A stretch of DNA of 64,000 bases, taken from the NCBI GenBank assembly GCA_048938005.1, contig JBHLMQ010000011.1, positions 31,134 through 95,133 of the forward strand. Reading direction: 5' to 3'. Origin of the DNA: Promethearchaeota archaeon. Its GTDB lineage: Archaea; Asgardarchaeota; Lokiarchaeia; Sigyniarchaeales; SOKP01. Below the pieces are notes generated by a model. That model worked only from the letters and a program-made list of their open reading frames with translations. It was not told where the DNA came from and made no database searches. Shown piece after piece: positions 60,716-64,000 of this stretch. The position numbers and the translations under genes are program-made. Within the stretch, counting starts at the first letter, position 1. Each line of letters begins with the position of its first letter.

Positions 60716-62041
60716 GTGCAAAAAAACTCATTCTATATTGAAACTTATGGATGTACATCTAACAAAGCAGATTCATATATAATTTCAAATGTGTTAAGAA
60801 AATCGGGTTACATTCGAACCTCGTTAGAAAATGCTCAATTCTTAATTATTAACACATGTGCGGTTAAAGAGCAGACAGAAAATAAAATAAAGGCACGTTT
60901 AGAAAATTTGCATAGACAATATCGTAATAATCCTAAAAAACATATCATAATTGCTGGTTGTTTACCTCATATAGCACCGGATTATATTAGGGTTGTAAAA
61001 AGAATCATTCCATCATTTGCGGCTATTATCGATTTGGATAATATAACGGATTTTCCAAAGATATTTCAAAATATTAAGAGTGGAAAGAAAAACCTAATTG
61101 TTAAATCAGACAGACTAATAGATAAAGCCAAATTTTATATAGATCACCCTCCCGGAAAAATTACAGGGATAATACCGATTTCAGAAGGGTGTTTAGGTGA
61201 TTGCACTTATTGTTGTGTGAAAAATGCTAGAGGAAAGTTAAATTGCTATAATCCTATAGATATTGTTGGGAATATTAAGTATCAGTTAAATCAAGGAATA
61301 AAACAAATATATCTAACTTCACAAGATTGTAGTATTTATCAATATAATGGCACAGGTTTAGCAGATTTAGTAAAGAGGATTGTTGAATTAGATTATAAGT
61401 TTTATCTAAGGATAGGAATGATTAATCCTCAGTTTTTAATTAATAATACTCAGGATTTAGTTTCAATATTCACGCATAAGAAAGTTTACAAATTTTTACA
61501 TATTCCAATCCAATCTGGAAGCAATGAAGTTCTTAAGAGAATGCAAAGAAAATATTTAATTTCTAATATAATCGATAACATTGAAATCTTACGGAAAGAA
61601 TTTGAGAATCTAACGATATCAACTGATATTATATGTGGATTCCCTGGTGAAACTGAATATGATTTCTATAGAACTATTAACTTGATAAAATGGTTGAGAC
61701 CAGAAATTCTAAATATCTCAAAATTCACACCTCGTCCTGGCACTAAAGCAAAAAAAATGGAACAATTAAATAGTAGAATAATAAAAGAACGATCTATTCG
61801 ATTATCAAAGGTCTTCCGTAATATTTTTATTGGTTTGAATGACAAGTGGAAAGATTGGGAAGGAGAGGTTCTAGTTTTACATGAAGGGGCAAAGTTAAAT
61901 CAAATTTTTGGAAGAAATTTAGCTTATAAAAATATTTTCATAAATGATTATCAAGGTGGATTTGGGGAATTTATCCAAGTCAAAATTGTTAAGATTGATG
62001 GATTTAATTTATATGGAATCCCTCTAAGTTCAAAAAAATAG
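60716..62041 (+). CDS. tRNA methylthiotransferase (archaeal MiaB-like / e-MtaB), radical SAM
   Basis: ETYGC, NTCAV, AGC, CLGDCTYC, HIPIQSGS, TDIICGFPGE, TRAM domain. Confidence 0.92.
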   Translation: MQKNSFYIETYGCTSNKADSYIISNVLRKSGYIRTSLENAQFLIINTCAVKEQTENKIKARLENLHRQYRNNPKKHIIIAGCLPHIAPDYIRVVKRIIPSFAAIIDLDNITDFPKIFQNIKSGKKNLIVKSDRLIDKAKFYIDHPPGKITGIIPISEGCLGDCTYCCVKNARGKLNCYNPIDIVGNIKYQLNQGIKQIYLTSQDCSIYQYNGTGLADLVKRIVELDYKFYLRIGMINPQFLINNTQDLVSIFTHKKVYKFLHIPIQSGSNEVLKRMQRKYLISNIIDNIEILRKEFENLTISTDIICGFPGETEYDFYRTINLIKWLRPEILNISKFTPRPGTKAKKMEQLNSRIIKERSIRLSKVFRNIFIGLNDKWKDWEGEVLVLHEGAKLNQIFGRNLAYKNIFINDYQGGFGEFIQVKIVKIDGFNLYGIPLSSKK

Positions 62042-62090
62042 AAAAAATTTATTGAATTAATCAAGAATTTCATTGGAGTAAATTAGGATA

Positions 62091-63260
62091 ATGTCTAATA
62101 AATTGTATTGGGATGATGCCTATAAAACTAAATTTACTGCAAAAGTTATAGCAGTTGAAGATGACGGGATAGTGCTTGATAAAACTCTTTTTTATCCAGA
62201 AAGTGGAAATCAAGCTAGTGACTATGGATTCTTAATAATCGGAAATGATCGCTTCAAAGTTAATAAAGTTTCTAAAGACGGAGAAGATATAATGCATCAT
62301 ATTTCTTCTAACTTTAAGGATAAAATTAATATTGGAGATATTGTTAATGGAGAGATTGATTGGGAATATAGATATGGAATAATGAAAGCTCATACCTCTC
62401 AACACATTTTTTCAGCAGTACTTAAAAATAAATTTAATATAGATACTACTCGAGCTAATCTAGCATTTGAAGAAGTATTTTTACAAATCTCTCAAAAAAT
62501 TGACTATGCTCAATTAAAAGAGGCATTAACTGAAGTCAATAGGATATGTACAACGAATAATTTAAATGTCAACGCAAGCATAATATCAAATAAAGAAGCT
62601 AAAGAAATTTCTGAGAAAATAAGAAGTGAAATTCCCAATGAATCTAAGGTACGATTAATGGAAATTAAAGATTTAGATTTGGTGTGCTGTGGCGGAACTC
62701 ATATCAAGGAAACTACAGAAATAGGAAAGATATATATTTATGACTTTAAAAGAGGAAATGAAATTAGGTATTACGTTGGGAATAAAGCTTTATTGATGAG
62801 TTCAAAAGATAATTTAGATATGATAAATTTAGCTAATAAATTAAATTCCCCTTTAGAAAAGACAAAAAACCTTATTGAAAAGCGTTTAGAACTTCTTGAT
62901 AAAATGCAAGAAGAACAGAAAGATTTATCTATAAAGTTATTAGAATTGATTTCTAAATCACCTTTTAAAGTAATTAATAAAATTTCACTCTTTTATATTG
63001 ATTTCAACATTAATATAAAACTCTTGAACAAAATGTTGGATCGCTTCCCTCAAAATTCATTAATTATCGTAAAATTTGAAAAAAATAAAATAAGATTATT
63101 ATCCTTGAGCGAAAAAATTGATTCCAATGAACTATTACAGAAATTAGTCCAGAAATTTGGGGGAAAAGGCGGTGGAAATCCTCAATCTGCTCAAGGACTT
63201 CTAGAAAAGATGCCTGAAAATATACTTTCTGAAATTGAATCACTTGTTCCTAATGATTAA
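62091..63260 (+). CDS. alanyl-tRNA editing protein (AlaX-L type, with DHHA1)
   Basis: LDKTLFYP, HTSQH, CCGGTH, GGKGGG. Confidence 0.88.
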   Translation: MSNKLYWDDAYKTKFTAKVIAVEDDGIVLDKTLFYPESGNQASDYGFLIIGNDRFKVNKVSKDGEDIMHHISSNFKDKINIGDIVNGEIDWEYRYGIMKAHTSQHIFSAVLKNKFNIDTTRANLAFEEVFLQISQKIDYAQLKEALTEVNRICTTNNLNVNASIISNKEAKEISEKIRSEIPNESKVRLMEIKDLDLVCCGGTHIKETTEIGKIYIYDFKRGNEIRYYVGNKALLMSSKDNLDMINLANKLNSPLEKTKNLIEKRLELLDKMQEEQKDLSIKLLELISKSPFKVINKISLFYIDFNINIKLLNKMLDRFPQNSLIIVKFEKNKIRLLSLSEKIDSNELLQKLVQKFGGKGGGNPQSAQGLLEKMPENILSEIESLVPND

Positions 63261-63353
63261 AAAATTGAAAGCGATATATTTCTGAAATCTGAATTCTTAA
63301 ATTTAACTAATGCCTTAAAAATATTATCAAAATAAATATATAAGTGAAATTTA

Positions 63354-64000
63354 ATGAGTATTTCTGATAGATTTTATGAAAAGATTAAAGGAGGTTATTT
63401 TGCGTTTTTAACACTAATAGCTGTTGGTTTTGGCATATTTGTTGCTTTATTTATCTACTTACCAGTTGATCCTTCTTATAGCATATTTTCAAATTATATT
63501 AGTGATTTGGGTGCTGGGCCAATAGGTTCTAGGATTATTTTTAGCATCGGTATGATATTAGGGGCAATATTTATGATTTTTTTTATTTTGTATGTTTCAA
63601 TATATTTAAAGAAAAAAGAAGAAAAATCCCAACTGATATGGGGGTTCCAAAATACCGGATTATTCGCTGAAGTAGGGCTTATAATAATTGGAATTTTCCC
63701 TTTAGAACAAGTGGGTACTCTAACATATTCTTTCCATTTTTTTGGCGCACTAATTTTTTTTGTATTTATTGCAGTATCTACCATATACTTTGGATATATT
63801 GAATATAAGAATAGTGAATTTCCAAAAATATATGCTATAATTTCTTTTCTTACAGGTGGTTTTTCTGCAATTTTTATTTCTGGCTTCGTAATCCAAGAAC
63901 TTGTGCCTATCCCGAAGAATACTTTTGTCTATTTATCTGAATGGACTTTTTTGGTATTTGTTAGCATTTGGCTGATCATTCATGGAATATATTTCTGGAA
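63354..64000 (+). CDS. DUF998-like membrane protein (partial, runs off window)
   Basis: ATG 63354; YSIFSNYISDLGAG motif, GIFP...HF, multiple TM. Confidence 0.75.
   Translation, partial: MSISDRFYEKIKGGYFAFLTLIAVGFGIFVALFIYLPVDPSYSIFSNYISDLGAGPIGSRIIFSIGMILGAIFMIFFILYVSIYLKKKEEKSQLIWGFQNTGLFAEVGLIIIGIFPLEQVGTLTYSFHFFGALIFFVFIAVSTIYFGYIEYKNSEFPKIYAIISFLTGGFSAIFISGFVIQELVPIPKNTFVYLSEWTFLVFVSIWLIIHGIYFW

Noticed and set aside
1624-63784. Short antisense or overlapping ORFs in the track (e.g. 1624, 3390, 4567, 7225, 17218, 19594, 33168, 35030, 37072, 53809, 63494)
   Set aside because: They are shadows of well-supported genes on the opposite strand or another frame

Overview
AT-rich archaeal DNA, most consistent with a Lokiarchaeia (Asgard) genome: it carries Loki-CTERM-type sorting tails, Rab-like and longin-fused small GTPases, ubiquitin-like proteins and an LRR protein. 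The main structure is a tandemly triplicated ~8-9 kb cassette (~6.1-33.6 kb). Each copy has an orphan family-5 solute-binding protein, a membrane-anchored beta-rich protein, a multi-pass membrane protein with a C4C4 RING-like finger, a degenerate small GTPase, a tandem winged-helix regulator and secreted target gene(s). Copies 1 and 2 also encode ubiquitin-like proteins ending VIGG plus a short tail. Copy-specific operator-like repeats sit upstream of the target genes, and the regulator segment is flipped between inverted repeats in copy 2 relative to copy 1. Together this suggests a possibly undescribed membrane-to-transcription signalling system. The rest of the window holds three sets of membrane/left-handed beta-helix (Pls-C-terminus-like) genes near an ANL-type ligase, a UGA-containing (UxxC) peroxiredoxin-like gene, a heliorhodopsin, UvsE, a class II ribonucleotide reductase and housekeeping genes. 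All calls come from reading motifs by eye; no database searches were run.
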